A DNA stretch of 64,000 bases from an uncultured Lachnospiraceae bacterium (GTDB taxonomy: Bacteria > Bacillota > Clostridia > Lachnospirales > Lachnospiraceae), in the NCBI GenBank assembly GCA_947588845.1, contig CANQAR010000006.1, forward strand, positions 3,903 to 67,902, written 5' to 3'. The position numbers and the translations under genes were made by a program. This document shows, piece by piece, positions 38,709-47,478 of the stretch. Each line of letters begins with the position of its first letter. Within the stretch, counting starts at the first letter, position 1. The notes beneath the pieces were generated by a model that was not told where the DNA came from, did no database searches, and worked only from the letters and a program-made list of their open reading frames with translations.

Positions 38709-39568
38709 TGGATGCAAATGCAAAAGCAGCTCGCAAGAAAAAAATTTCGCATGCGGTCATGTGGATCGTACTGCTCCTTGTATTTATTATTTTCGTCTTC
38801 CCGTTCATCCTGGTAATTATCAACGTGTTTAAGAACAAAGCGGATATCACCATGAACCCGATGGCAATCATCGGCGCGCATGGATTTACGATTGAGAACT
38901 TCCCGCAGGCGATGGAGAAGATGAATTTCTGGGTGGTATTCGGAAACTCTCTGATCGTCACGGTGACTTCTACAATCCTTACTCTGCTGGTTTCCTCCAT
39001 GGCGGCATTCGTGATCGTGCGTAACAACTGGAAAGCCTGCACGCTGCTGTTTTCCGGTATGATCGCTTCCATGGTTATCCCGTTCCAGGTACTGATGATC
39101 CCGCTCGTATCTCTGTATGGCGGTATCTTCAACGTGCTGAACCACAGAGTAACTCTGATTCTGATGCATACAGGCTTTTCTGTATCGATGGCGGCATTCA
39201 TGTTCCACGGAGCAATCCACACGAACATTCCGCTTGAACTTGAGGAAGCAGCTCTGATCGACGGCTGCTCAAGATGGCAGACCTGGTGGAAGGTTGTCTT
39301 CCCGCTGCTCAAGCCGACCGTGGCAACCGTTGCAATCATTGACGCGATGGCATTCTGGAACGACTACCTCCTTCCGAGCCTTGTACTTGGCCGTAAGGAA
39401 CTGTACACGATCCCGATCGCTACACAGGCATTCTACGGAACCTATTCAACGGATATGGGTCTTGTCATGGCGGCCCTGCTGCTCGCGATGCTGCCTATCC
39501 TGATCCTGTATCTGTTCCTGCAGCGCTACATCGTTGAGGGCGTTACCTCCGGCGCTGTCAAGGGCTGA
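38708..39568 (+). CDS. carbohydrate ABC transporter permease (MalG/UgpE-like)
   Basis: EAA loop LEEAALIDGCSRWQTWWKVVFPLLKP. Its start overlaps the stop of the upstream permease. Confidence 0.9.
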   Translation: MDANAKAARKKKISHAVMWIVLLLVFIIFVFPFILVIINVFKNKADITMNPMAIIGAHGFTIENFPQAMEKMNFWVVFGNSLIVTVTSTILTLLVSSMAAFVIVRNNWKACTLLFSGMIASMVIPFQVLMIPLVSLYGGIFNVLNHRVTLILMHTGFSVSMAAFMFHGAIHTNIPLELEEAALIDGCSRWQTWWKVVFPLLKPTVATVAIIDAMAFWNDYLLPSLVLGRKELYTIPIATQAFYGTYSTDMGLVMAALLLAMLPILILYLFLQRYIVEGVTSGAVKG

Positions 39569-39617
39569 TGATCGGATCCGGACAACATAAAAAATTATAC
39601 AGGTGATTCTGTTGTGT

Positions 39618-39655
39618 GCGGAGGAAATGCATGTTGCATTTCCTCCGCATCTTTT
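39618..39655 (+). terminator. strong Rho-independent terminator after the permease genes
   Basis: 14-bp perfect stem GCGGAGGAAATGCA / TGCATTTCCTCCGC with a 3-nt loop, then ATCTTTT. Confidence 0.8.
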
Positions 39656-39741
39656 GTAAAATGAACAGGAGAAAAGCAGCTGCTTTTCTGAGTATGAGCA
39701 CAGGAGAAGGGAAAAGCAGTACGCCAAAAGGAGAAAAAGAC

Positions 39742-40287
39742 ATGGAATTTGAGATCAGAAGAGCGCTGCCTGCCGACATTCCGGGGATCATGCGCATCAT
39801 GGAAGCGGCGGCCAACCCGGAACATCCGGACTGGTATATTCAGGACGACGAGCCGTATATGCGGAAACGTGTATCGGAGGATGGGAGATCGACGAAGGAT
39901 GGGTTTACGCTGGTCGCGCAGGCTCCTGACGGTGAGATCGCGGGCTATTTTGTTGTGACTTATCCCGATCCGGAGAAAAATCTGGGACATTTTCTGTCCT
40001 ATTCTCCGGAACAGATCGCGCGGGCGGTCATGATGGATACGGCGTCGGTCGGGGCGAAATACCGCGGGTACGGGCTTCAGAGAAGGATGGCGGAGGCCGC
40101 GGAGGATGAGGTCATTTCTGAACGGAAAGAGGTGAAATATCTTCTCTGCATGATCCACCCGGAGAATGTGTACAGTCTGTCGAACATGCAGGAGCGGGGA
40201 TATGAGGTCAGGAAAGAAGCGATCTATCATGGCCGGTGGAGATATGTGCTGGAGAAGGTGCTTCAGAAAAGTTTGCAGGATAATTAA
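39742..40287 (+). CDS. GNAT family N-acetyltransferase
   Basis: MEFEIRRALPADIPGIMRIM start and a YRGYGLQRRM acetyl-CoA loop. AAAGGAG RBS before ATG 39742. Confidence 0.75.
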   Translation: MEFEIRRALPADIPGIMRIMEAAANPEHPDWYIQDDEPYMRKRVSEDGRSTKDGFTLVAQAPDGEIAGYFVVTYPDPEKNLGHFLSYSPEQIARAVMMDTASVGAKYRGYGLQRRMAEAAEDEVISERKEVKYLLCMIHPENVYSLSNMQERGYEVRKEAIYHGRWRYVLEKVLQKSLQDN

Positions 40288-40373
40288 TCAGGGCCGCAAA
40301 GAGAGAACTTCGCACAGTGTGTTTCGGCCGGATGAAAAAACGGGAAGACAGATAAAGATTGAGGGAATAAGAG

Positions 40374-43300
40374 ATGAAAGAATGGGAAGCGAAATTTGAT
40401 GAAAATACGCTGGAGCGCGGAAGGACGGCCTGCAGGAACAGGCGCGTGATGAATTTAAAGCAGGACGGGGATGTTTTCCGCGCGGGCGTACTTTCGAGAA
40501 CGAGGTCGGAAGTGACGATCAAAATGCGCGACGGCAGCCCTGTGCAGATGTCCTGTTCCTGCCCGGTACCGAAGAGCGGCAGGAACTGTGAGCACATGGC
40601 GGCCGTTCTTTATGCAATCGAAATGCTGAACAACCCCGGGGAGCAGGAGCTGGCGGAGCAAGAAGCGGCTGCAGAACAGCGCCGGGATGAGGGGACTCCG
40701 GAGAAGAAAACAAGAAATGCCGGAAGGAAAAAAACAGCCGAGAGAACGGCTGCGGAAGAGATGCCGGATCGCAAAGAGATGGGAGCAGAGGCGACACCGG
40801 AAGAAACGAGAGCTGCAGAAACAGTACAGAACAAAAAGAAAACCGGAGCAAGGGGGCGGAAGAAAATAACGGAAGCAACGGCAGAGGTTCAAAAGGAAGA
40901 AAAAGTCCCTGCATCCGGGACACAGCAGGAAGAGGACGCATCCTCCGTCCAGAAAAAGCCCCGCAAGAAAAGAATGACGAAGGCGGAGAAACTTCTCTTG
41001 GAACAGCAGAAAGCAGAAGAAGAGCAGAAACGCCGGGAAGAGGAGCAGGCTGCTCTGGAGGAACAACGCAAAGAACTGGAAAAGGCAAAAAAAGAGACGG
41101 AAGAATTTCTCCGTCAGGAGAAGGAGCGCCAGGAAAAGCGCGACGCCCGAAAGAAGAGAAAAGAAGAGAGAGCGCGCCGGGAGGAAGAGCGCAGGCAGAA
41201 AGCGGAGGAAGCGAGAAATAAGGAGTATGAGAGGCTGCGCGCGGAGGAAAAAAAGCGCGAGGAAATAAAGAAGCAGCAGGAACTTGAGGAGCAGAGAAGG
41301 GCGGAGAAGCGGCGTATGGAGCAGGAAGCCGCCAGGCTGGCGGATGAGCGCCGCCGCATGGAAGAAAAACAGGCCCGGAAGAAAAATGTCCGCAGTGCGG
41401 CCTGGACAGATGAAAACAGCGATCGGCAGGAAACTGAGCGGAAGAGGCTGAACGATTATCTGGATGAGGATCAGCTGAATGCTCTGGGACAAGGCCGGAA
41501 AAACTGGTATTCCGGCGAAAAGAATCCGGAAGAGTGGGAGTCAGGGAAGCGAAATATGGATAACTGGTATGAAGACGACTGGGATGTAGAGGGAGACCGG
41601 GATAAAGAAGACTGGCCGGTGGAAGCCCCGTGGGACGAAGATGATGACTGGAACGTCCAGATGGAAAAAGAAATGCAGGAGTGGATGCGCAGGCAGAAAA
41701 TAAGGGAAGAAAATGCGCGCATTTGGCAGACCAGAAAGAAGGAGTTTTCTGAGATACCAAATCTGAGAGAAGAAGATACGGATCTGGAGGATGCGGACCG
41801 CAGGATCCGCGCGCTTGAAAAATATGCTTATTTTAAAGGAAGAAAGATTCGGGGGTCTGTGAAAATTTCCAAAGATGTACAGAACAGGGGAATGAATCTT
41901 CTCATGCAGGGAAAGATTCTGCTGAATGAAATTACATCCGGCCATGAGAGAAATTCCGGGGAAGTACTCGGGCAGATGAACGCAATCGGTGAGGAAGGCA
42001 GCCGGGAATTTGCCATGGAGCTGATTTTTTCGCAGACGGAGGTCAGAAGGATTACCTGCGGATGCACAAAATGCCGCGGCGAATATTACACCTGGAATCC
42101 GAAAAGCGTCAGCTGTCCGTATAAAGCGGGGCTTCTGGTGTTTATGGAAGAATATCTGAAAGAGCATTCGATCGGGGATGCGACGGATCAGAATGGTCTG
42201 GTGTTCCTGGGCGCTTTTAACAGGAAGCATGAGAGCGAAGTGATAGCGGATACGGTATCCGGCAAGATGAATCTTCGCCTGGAACCAAGACTAATCCGGA
42301 GCGACGGGAAACTGACTCTGTCGTTCCGCGTCGGCGAGAACAGGATGTATGTAGTGAAAAAGCTGGATGAATTCTGTCAGAATGTGAAGAATTCGGCGAC
42401 CACAATGTACGGCGTAACTACAAAAATCAATCATAATATTGATAATTTCACAGAAAGCGGGAAAGAATGGATCCGTTTTATCAATCAGATTGTGCGCGAG
42501 GAACAGGAATTTACGCAGAGACTTGCCGATTCCTGGAATTATTATTATGGGATGAGACGCCTGGAAAGCGGGTCTTCGCTGAATCTGTATGGATGGCGGC
42601 TGGATGAGTTTTACGCGAGGCTGCAGAACGGGCCGGTGGAATTTGAGGACAAGGATGCTCCGGATAAAAAGAAGAAGATGCTGACAGCCCTGGACGCAAA
42701 TCCAAAAGTGACCATGGAGATCACGGCGGATGAGGACTCAAAAGGAGAAAAGGAATTTCATGGAATCTGCGTAAAGGGGACGATTCCCCAGCTGTATGAG
42801 GGGACAGATTCAATGTATTTTATCAACGGAGACTATTTCAGCCGGGTGGACAGGAAATTCACAGAAAGGATTGGGCCTCTGACAAGACTTGCCTCTGGGG
42901 ATGAATTTCTCTTTCGGCTGGGAAGAAATCATATGGCGCAGTTCTATTATGACCTGCTTCCGCAGCTTGAGGATATCATCGATGTCACGGAGACCGAACC
43001 GGAGAAATTCCGCTCTTATCTGCCGCCTCAGGTGAGCTTCCTCTTTTATCTGGACGCGGAAGACGGCGATATGACCTGCCGGGCCTACGCACGGTACGGG
43101 AAAAAGGAATTTTCTGTGTTTGATACAGCGGCCCGTGACCGTGAGACAGCCCCTTTCCGGAATGTGGCAAAGGAGAATGAAATATTGTTTCTGGCGTCGC
43201 AGTGGTTTCCGGAAATAGACTGGGACAGAGACGAACTGTTCTGCGGCGGGGATGAGCAGAGGATGTATCTGGTGCTTGAGAGCGGTGTGGAGCAGCTGAT

Positions 43301-45221
43301 GGAGCTCGGCGAAGTGCACTGCACGAAACGTTTTCTGAGCCGCCGCGTGATTAATCGCGTAAAGGTGTCGGTAGGCGTTTCGGTTGCGGGCGGAATGCTG
43401 GATCTTGAGGTTGCGACCGACGATGTTCCGCAGAGCGAACTGCTGGATATTCTGAAAAGCTACAGGCTCAAGAAGAAATATTACCGGCTGAAGAACGGGG
43501 ATTTCGTGAATCTCGAGGAACAGAATCTTCAGATGCTTGCTGAACTCATGGATTCCATGCATTTAAAGCCGAAGGAGCTCATACAGGGAAGAATGCATCT
43601 TCCGATGTTCCGTACACTCTATCTTGACCGGATGCTGGAGGAAAACGAGGACATTTACAGCCGCCGGGACAGTCACTTCCGCGAGATCATCAAGGGTTTT
43701 AAGACTGTGAAAGACGCGGACTACGAAGAGCCGGAGAGTCTGTCCGGGATCATGCGGAAATATCAGAAGGACGGCTTCAAGTGGCTGAGGACGCTGGAAA
43801 CGTGGAAATTCGGCGGCATCCTGGCCGACGATATGGGCCTTGGAAAGACGCTGCAGATCATAGCGGTGCTGCTGGCCGCGAAGCAGGAGCAGCAGGAAAT
43901 TTCGGCAAGAATGCGGCCGGCGGAAGATTCGGGTCAAACGGAGACCTCAGGGCAGCAGGAAAGTTCGGCTCAGGAAGAGGAGCATGACGTCTCCCTCGTG
44001 GTAGCGCCCGCCTCCCTGGTGTTCAACTGGGGCGAGGAATTCCGCCGGTTTGCGCCGGAGCTTTCCGTCGTGCTGGTCACAGGGACGCAGGAAGAACGGC
44101 ATTCCAGGATTGAGCGCTGGCAGGAGGCGGACGTGCTGGTGACCTCCTACGATCTGCTCAAGCGCGATATCGCGTACTATGAGGATAAGCTGTTCCGTTA
44201 TGAGATCATCGACGAGGCGCAGTACATAAAGAATCACACGACGGCGGCCGCGAAAGCGGTGAAAGTGATAAACAGCCAGATCCGATTCGCGCTGACGGGC
44301 ACGCCGATCGAGAACCGGCTCAGCGAGCTCTGGAGCATCTTTGACTACCTCATGCCGGGCTTTTTGTACGGGTACGATGTGTTCCGGAAGGAACTGGAAA
44401 TTCCGATCGTGAAGAGTAATGACGAGGAGGCCACAAAACGGCTCCAGAAGATGGTGAATCCGTTTATTCTGCGCAGGCTGAAAGGCGATGTGCTGCGAGA
44501 TCTGCCGGAGAAGCTTGAGGAGATCCGCTATGTGAAGTTTGGAAGCGCGCAGCAGAAGCTCTATGACGGTCAGGTGGTTCACATGAAGCAGAGCCTTGCT
44601 TCGCAGAGCGACGATGAGTTCAGCCGCAATAAGATACAGATTCTCGCGGAGCTGACCAGGCTGCGCCAGATCTGCTGTGCGCCGCAGCTCTGTTTTGAGG
44701 ATTATCATGGAGATGCGGCCAAGGTGGAGGCCTGTGTGGAACTGGTGCAGAGCGCAATCGACGGGGAGCACCGGGTGCTGCTGTTCTCTCAGTTCACGTC
44801 CATGCTGGACATGCTGAAAGAGCGCTTCGACGATGCGAAGATTCCGTATTTTATGATCACCGGGAGTACGCCCAAATCAAAGCGGCTGCAGCTGGTGAAG
44901 GAGTTCAACGAAGGAACCGTGCCGCTGTTCCTGATCTCGCTGAAGGCCGGCGGAGTCGGACTGAATCTGACCGGCGCGGACGTGGTCATCCACTATGATC
45001 CGTGGTGGAATCAGGCGGTTCAGAATCAGGCGACCGACCGCGCGCACCGCATCGGACAGACAAAGAAAGTGACCGTGTACAAGCTGCTTGTGAAAAATTC
45101 GATCGAGGAAAAGATCCAGAAGCTGCAGGAAGAAAAGGGAGATCTGGCCGAGCAGATTATCGGCGGCGAGACCGGGCAGCTCGGCAGCATGAGCAGAGAG
45201 GAGTTGCTGGCGCTGCTGTAG
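40374..45221 (+). CDS. SNF2-family helicase/ATPase with N-terminal SWIM zinc finger and long charged insert
   Basis: SWIM CSCPVPKSGRNCEHMAAVL. Second SWIM-like CGCTKCRGEYYTWNPKSVSCPYK. SNF2 motif I LADDMGLGKTLQ and motif II DEAQYIKN. Helicase-C motifs LKAGGVGLNLTGADVVIHYDPWWN and TDRAHRIGQ. Confidence 0.85.
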   Translation: MKEWEAKFDENTLERGRTACRNRRVMNLKQDGDVFRAGVLSRTRSEVTIKMRDGSPVQMSCSCPVPKSGRNCEHMAAVLYAIEMLNNPGEQELAEQEAAAEQRRDEGTPEKKTRNAGRKKTAERTAAEEMPDRKEMGAEATPEETRAAETVQNKKKTGARGRKKITEATAEVQKEEKVPASGTQQEEDASSVQKKPRKKRMTKAEKLLLEQQKAEEEQKRREEEQAALEEQRKELEKAKKETEEFLRQEKERQEKRDARKKRKEERARREEERRQKAEEARNKEYERLRAEEKKREEIKKQQELEEQRRAEKRRMEQEAARLADERRRMEEKQARKKNVRSAAWTDENSDRQETERKRLNDYLDEDQLNALGQGRKNWYSGEKNPEEWESGKRNMDNWYEDDWDVEGDRDKEDWPVEAPWDEDDDWNVQMEKEMQEWMRRQKIREENARIWQTRKKEFSEIPNLREEDTDLEDADRRIRALEKYAYFKGRKIRGSVKISKDVQNRGMNLLMQGKILLNEITSGHERNSGEVLGQMNAIGEEGSREFAMELIFSQTEVRRITCGCTKCRGEYYTWNPKSVSCPYKAGLLVFMEEYLKEHSIGDATDQNGLVFLGAFNRKHESEVIADTVSGKMNLRLEPRLIRSDGKLTLSFRVGENRMYVVKKLDEFCQNVKNSATTMYGVTTKINHNIDNFTESGKEWIRFINQIVREEQEFTQRLADSWNYYYGMRRLESGSSLNLYGWRLDEFYARLQNGPVEFEDKDAPDKKKKMLTALDANPKVTMEITADEDSKGEKEFHGICVKGTIPQLYEGTDSMYFINGDYFSRVDRKFTERIGPLTRLASGDEFLFRLGRNHMAQFYYDLLPQLEDIIDVTETEPEKFRSYLPPQVSFLFYLDAEDGDMTCRAYARYGKKEFSVFDTAARDRETAPFRNVAKENEILFLASQWFPEIDWDRDELFCGGDEQRMYLVLESGVEQLMELGEVHCTKRFLSRRVINRVKVSVGVSVAGGMLDLEVATDDVPQSELLDILKSYRLKKKYYRLKNGDFVNLEEQNLQMLAELMDSMHLKPKELIQGRMHLPMFRTLYLDRMLEENEDIYSRRDSHFREIIKGFKTVKDADYEEPESLSGIMRKYQKDGFKWLRTLETWKFGGILADDMGLGKTLQIIAVLLAAKQEQQEISARMRPAEDSGQTETSGQQESSAQEEEHDVSLVVAPASLVFNWGEEFRRFAPELSVVLVTGTQEERHSRIERWQEADVLVTSYDLLKRDIAYYEDKLFRYEIIDEAQYIKNHTTAAAKAVKVINSQIRFALTGTPIENRLSELWSIFDYLMPGFLYGYDVFRKELEIPIVKSNDEEATKRLQKMVNPFILRRLKGDVLRDLPEKLEEIRYVKFGSAQQKLYDGQVVHMKQSLASQSDDEFSRNKIQILAELTRLRQICCAPQLCFEDYHGDAAKVEACVELVQSAIDGEHRVLLFSQFTSMLDMLKERFDDAKIPYFMITGSTPKSKRLQLVKEFNEGTVPLFLISLKAGGVGLNLTGADVVIHYDPWWNQAVQNQATDRAHRIGQTKKVTVYKLLVKNSIEEKIQKLQEEKGDLAEQIIGGETGQLGSMSREELLALL

Positions 45222-45319
45222 TTGGTTGTGAAAGATCGGACGGCTGCCTTTTGCATATTCAATATACCATATTTTCGTGAAAAAAATCAAATTGTAGAAC
45301 AGAAGAATTAAAAAAATAG

Positions 45320-45348
45320 TTGAAATGTGATGTTAAAAATGATACATT
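45320..45348 (+). promoter_or_regulatory. promoter of the toxin mRNA
   Basis: TTGAAA (45320-45325), 17-nt spacer, TACATT (45343-45348) preceded by TGn (extended -10). Confidence 0.5.
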
Positions 45349-45452
45349 AGTAACGTGGCGTAAGCCATAGGAAAGTACCCAGGACGGGGTGGCAGCCTCC
45401 CAACACTTAATGACCGGTTTGCCGGAATACATAGGAAGGGAGGTGGCGTTAT

Positions 45453-45572
45453 ATGACAGCTTTTGAAATCATTTCGATTTTCATCGGCATATTAACTTTG
45501 TTGTGTGCCTTTGGCAGCTTAATTGTAGCGTTGCTTGCCTTTCTCTATAAGGGAAAGAGAAAGCGAAAATAA
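45453..45572 (+). CDS. 39-aa hydrophobic peptide, type I toxin candidate (holin-like toxin style)
   Basis: MTAFEIISIFIGILTLLCAFGSLIVALLAFLYKGKRKRK: one TM helix plus a Lys/Arg tail. GGGAGG SD at 45438-45443. Below the ORF-track cutoff. Confidence 0.6.
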   Translation: MTAFEIISIFIGILTLLCAFGSLIVALLAFLYKGKRKRK

Positions 45573-45574
45573 AA

Positions 45575-45669
45575 ATGCCTATCCTGTCTGCAACACAGGA
45601 TAGGCGGTGTCCGTGAGGACACTATTCCACGTGGGAGCATCCACTTTGGGGTGGGTACTTTCCTTTTCA
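45575..45669 (-). ncRNA. predicted cis-antisense sRNA (antitoxin candidate)
   Basis: Bounded by a minus-strand promoter (45704-45676) and the hairpin at 45578-45604, which has a U-tract only in the minus orientation. Fully complementary to the region immediately downstream of the toxin ORF. Ends are approximate. Confidence 0.35.
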
Positions 45670-45675
45670 AGTATT

Positions 45676-45704
45676 ACTATATCACATTTTTCACATACAT
45701 TCAA
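45676..45704 (-). promoter_or_regulatory. promoter of the antisense sRNA
   Basis: On the minus strand: TTGAAT (45704-45699), 17-nt spacer, TATAGT (45681-45676) preceded by TGn. Confidence 0.5.
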
Positions 45705-46219
45705 CTAAAATTTTTATGGTTTTTAACATATCTCGTTTCATAAGTCTTAAATTTCCTGTAAATCCTGATAAGTGATCCTCTTTATTTTTATACTTTTCCA
45801 AATATTCCGCCAGTTTCTCTGACCGCTGTTTATGTCTGCGGTGCGTCCAAAAATAAAATATAGAAAAGATATTGTTAATATTCAGAAAATATGATAAAAT
45901 AAATAATGTATAAGTAAAAATCATATTAATAAAAGAAAATATATAAAAAAACAGAAAATTAAAACGAAAAGGAGGAATTCTCAAAATTGAAACCGCAATG
46001 AGACATTATGGAAACGACAATTCTGATATGACAGGAAAACTTCCCCAAGTGAGATGATGAGTCTTAGAGGGAAGTATTTTATACTGCCCAGGAACAAAAG
46101 GCGGTTTAGTAAGATATTTCAGAAAGCGTCTGACGTGATGTCTCCTGCGGCGATGCCGGAAATGAAAACAGGAGGAGCCTGCAAAGAAAATCAGTCTGGC
46201 AAGAAATGGAGACAAAGTT

Positions 46220-47233
46220 ATGAAAGAGAAAGAATTATCAGAAATAAAGTTTTTTCCCTGGACGTTTTCATTTGCGCGAAGACAAAGGAAAAAAAGACGC
46301 GTCTGCACGGGAAGGCGGAACATATCTGCAGCAGGCGGAATCCGCGCCGTGTGTCTGAGCCTGCTTATGATGATTGTGTGGGGCATTCCCGCAAGCGGCG
46401 CAGATATAGCCATCATCCAGGAGCAGAATATTTCCGCGCAAAATAGCGCGGGAAATGTTCAGGCACAGGGAGGGATCAAAGGCAGTCAGATCCCGGCTGA
46501 AAATGTTTCCAAGGCGACGAAAACGACAAAGACTGCAGTATCGGTCAGGACAGTGAAACTGGCGGAGAAATCAAAAAAGACCTGTACAAAAAAAGGAAAA
46601 GTTCAGAAAACGGTCAGGACGGAGATAAAAATTTTATCTGGAAAGATAGTCAAAGTCAGGACAGTGACTAAAAGAAGGATCACGAACGAGTTTGAGAAAG
46701 GGTCAAAGATCTGTACGCAGAGGACGATTACGACAGTAGTGACAGCAACGAAAATACAGACAACCGCAAAAGGAAAGGATGCCGTCATTGCAGTTGCGCC
46801 TGGAATTGACAGCAGGGTATTGACTGTTTACACGGCGCTCGGATTTACAATCGGGATTAATCCGGATGCAAACTATAACGGGATGTTTAATTCGGAAACC
46901 AGGAGTATCATGCTGAAAGAGAGCGGGGATGTCGTGTATCATGAACTTGGCCATTTTGTGGCATTTGTTACGGGAAATATTGACAGGCAGGAGGATTTCG
47001 TACAGATATTTGAACGGGAAAAAGACAGGCATAAAAGAGCATATATGATTCAGAGCAGTTCCGAATATTTTGCGGAATCTTTCAAGGACTACACGCTGGA
47101 TCCGGAAGGACTGAAAGCGTCCAGGCCGCTGACCTATGCAGCGGTCAGAGATGCCCTTGACAGGATGACGGAGGCGCAGGCAGAGCGGGTCCGGCAGGTC
47201 TTTCAGGTGGTATGGAAGAATGGCGGAGCGTAA
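46220..47233 (+). CDS. secreted zinc metalloprotease-like protein (M34/ATLF-like C-terminal domain)
   Basis: N-terminal basic and hydrophobic signal-anchor. Lys/Thr-rich spacer. C-terminal HELGH zinc motif followed by EYFAESF, as in lethal-factor/PPEP-type domains. Confidence 0.6.
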   Translation: MKEKELSEIKFFPWTFSFARRQRKKRRVCTGRRNISAAGGIRAVCLSLLMMIVWGIPASGADIAIIQEQNISAQNSAGNVQAQGGIKGSQIPAENVSKATKTTKTAVSVRTVKLAEKSKKTCTKKGKVQKTVRTEIKILSGKIVKVRTVTKRRITNEFEKGSKICTQRTITTVVTATKIQTTAKGKDAVIAVAPGIDSRVLTVYTALGFTIGINPDANYNGMFNSETRSIMLKESGDVVYHELGHFVAFVTGNIDRQEDFVQIFEREKDRHKRAYMIQSSSEYFAESFKDYTLDPEGLKASRPLTYAAVRDALDRMTEAQAERVRQVFQVVWKNGGA

Positions 47234-47374
47234 AAACAGGGAATGAAAATCTCTTACAGTTCAGAACAGGCCGAAACACTTGCAGCTGGGGCCGTAAGAA
47301 CATGAGCCCAATGACAGTAACTGGAAATCCGCTGCAGTTCCCCATTTGATATACGCTCTATTTGTATAAGAATG

Positions 47375-47404
47375 TTGACAAGCGCCTTCACATAGATTTA
47401 AAAT
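47375..47404 (+). promoter_or_regulatory. promoter of glmS
   Basis: TTGACA (47375-47380), 18-nt spacer, TAAAAT (47399-47404). Confidence 0.5.
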
Positions 47405-47478
47405 GGGTACTGTCTCATGCGTATGTTTCGTCGGCAGGGAGACAGGCTATCAGAAAACACTGTCAGGAGGGTATCAAT

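Noticed and set aside
40455-41760. 345-aa and 413-aa minus-strand ORFs, plus several shorter ones.
   Set aside because: They are artefacts of the purine-rich GAA/AAG/AGA repeat coding for the ER/K region of the SNF2 protein. Their translations are Phe/Leu/Ser/Pro low-complexity strings.
45691-45984. 97-aa minus-strand ORF in the AT-rich islet, hydrophobic at the N-terminus.
   Set aside because: It starts at TTG with no RBS, and the internal ATGs also lack an RBS. Its hydrophobicity is what an AT-rich (Phe/Ile/Asn/Tyr) frame would produce. Its 3' end overlaps the predicted antisense-RNA promoter. It cannot be excluded as a small membrane protein but is not supported.
47240-47478. glmS ribozyme upstream of glmS, as expected in many Firmicutes. 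An AGCGCC word is present at 47381-47386.
   Set aside because: The AGCGCC lies inside the spacer of a good TTGACA-N18-TAAAAT promoter. The transcribed leader would be only about 70 nt, too short for the ribozyme core, and I could not find the conserved core segments. A cmsearch with the Rfam glmS model would settle it.
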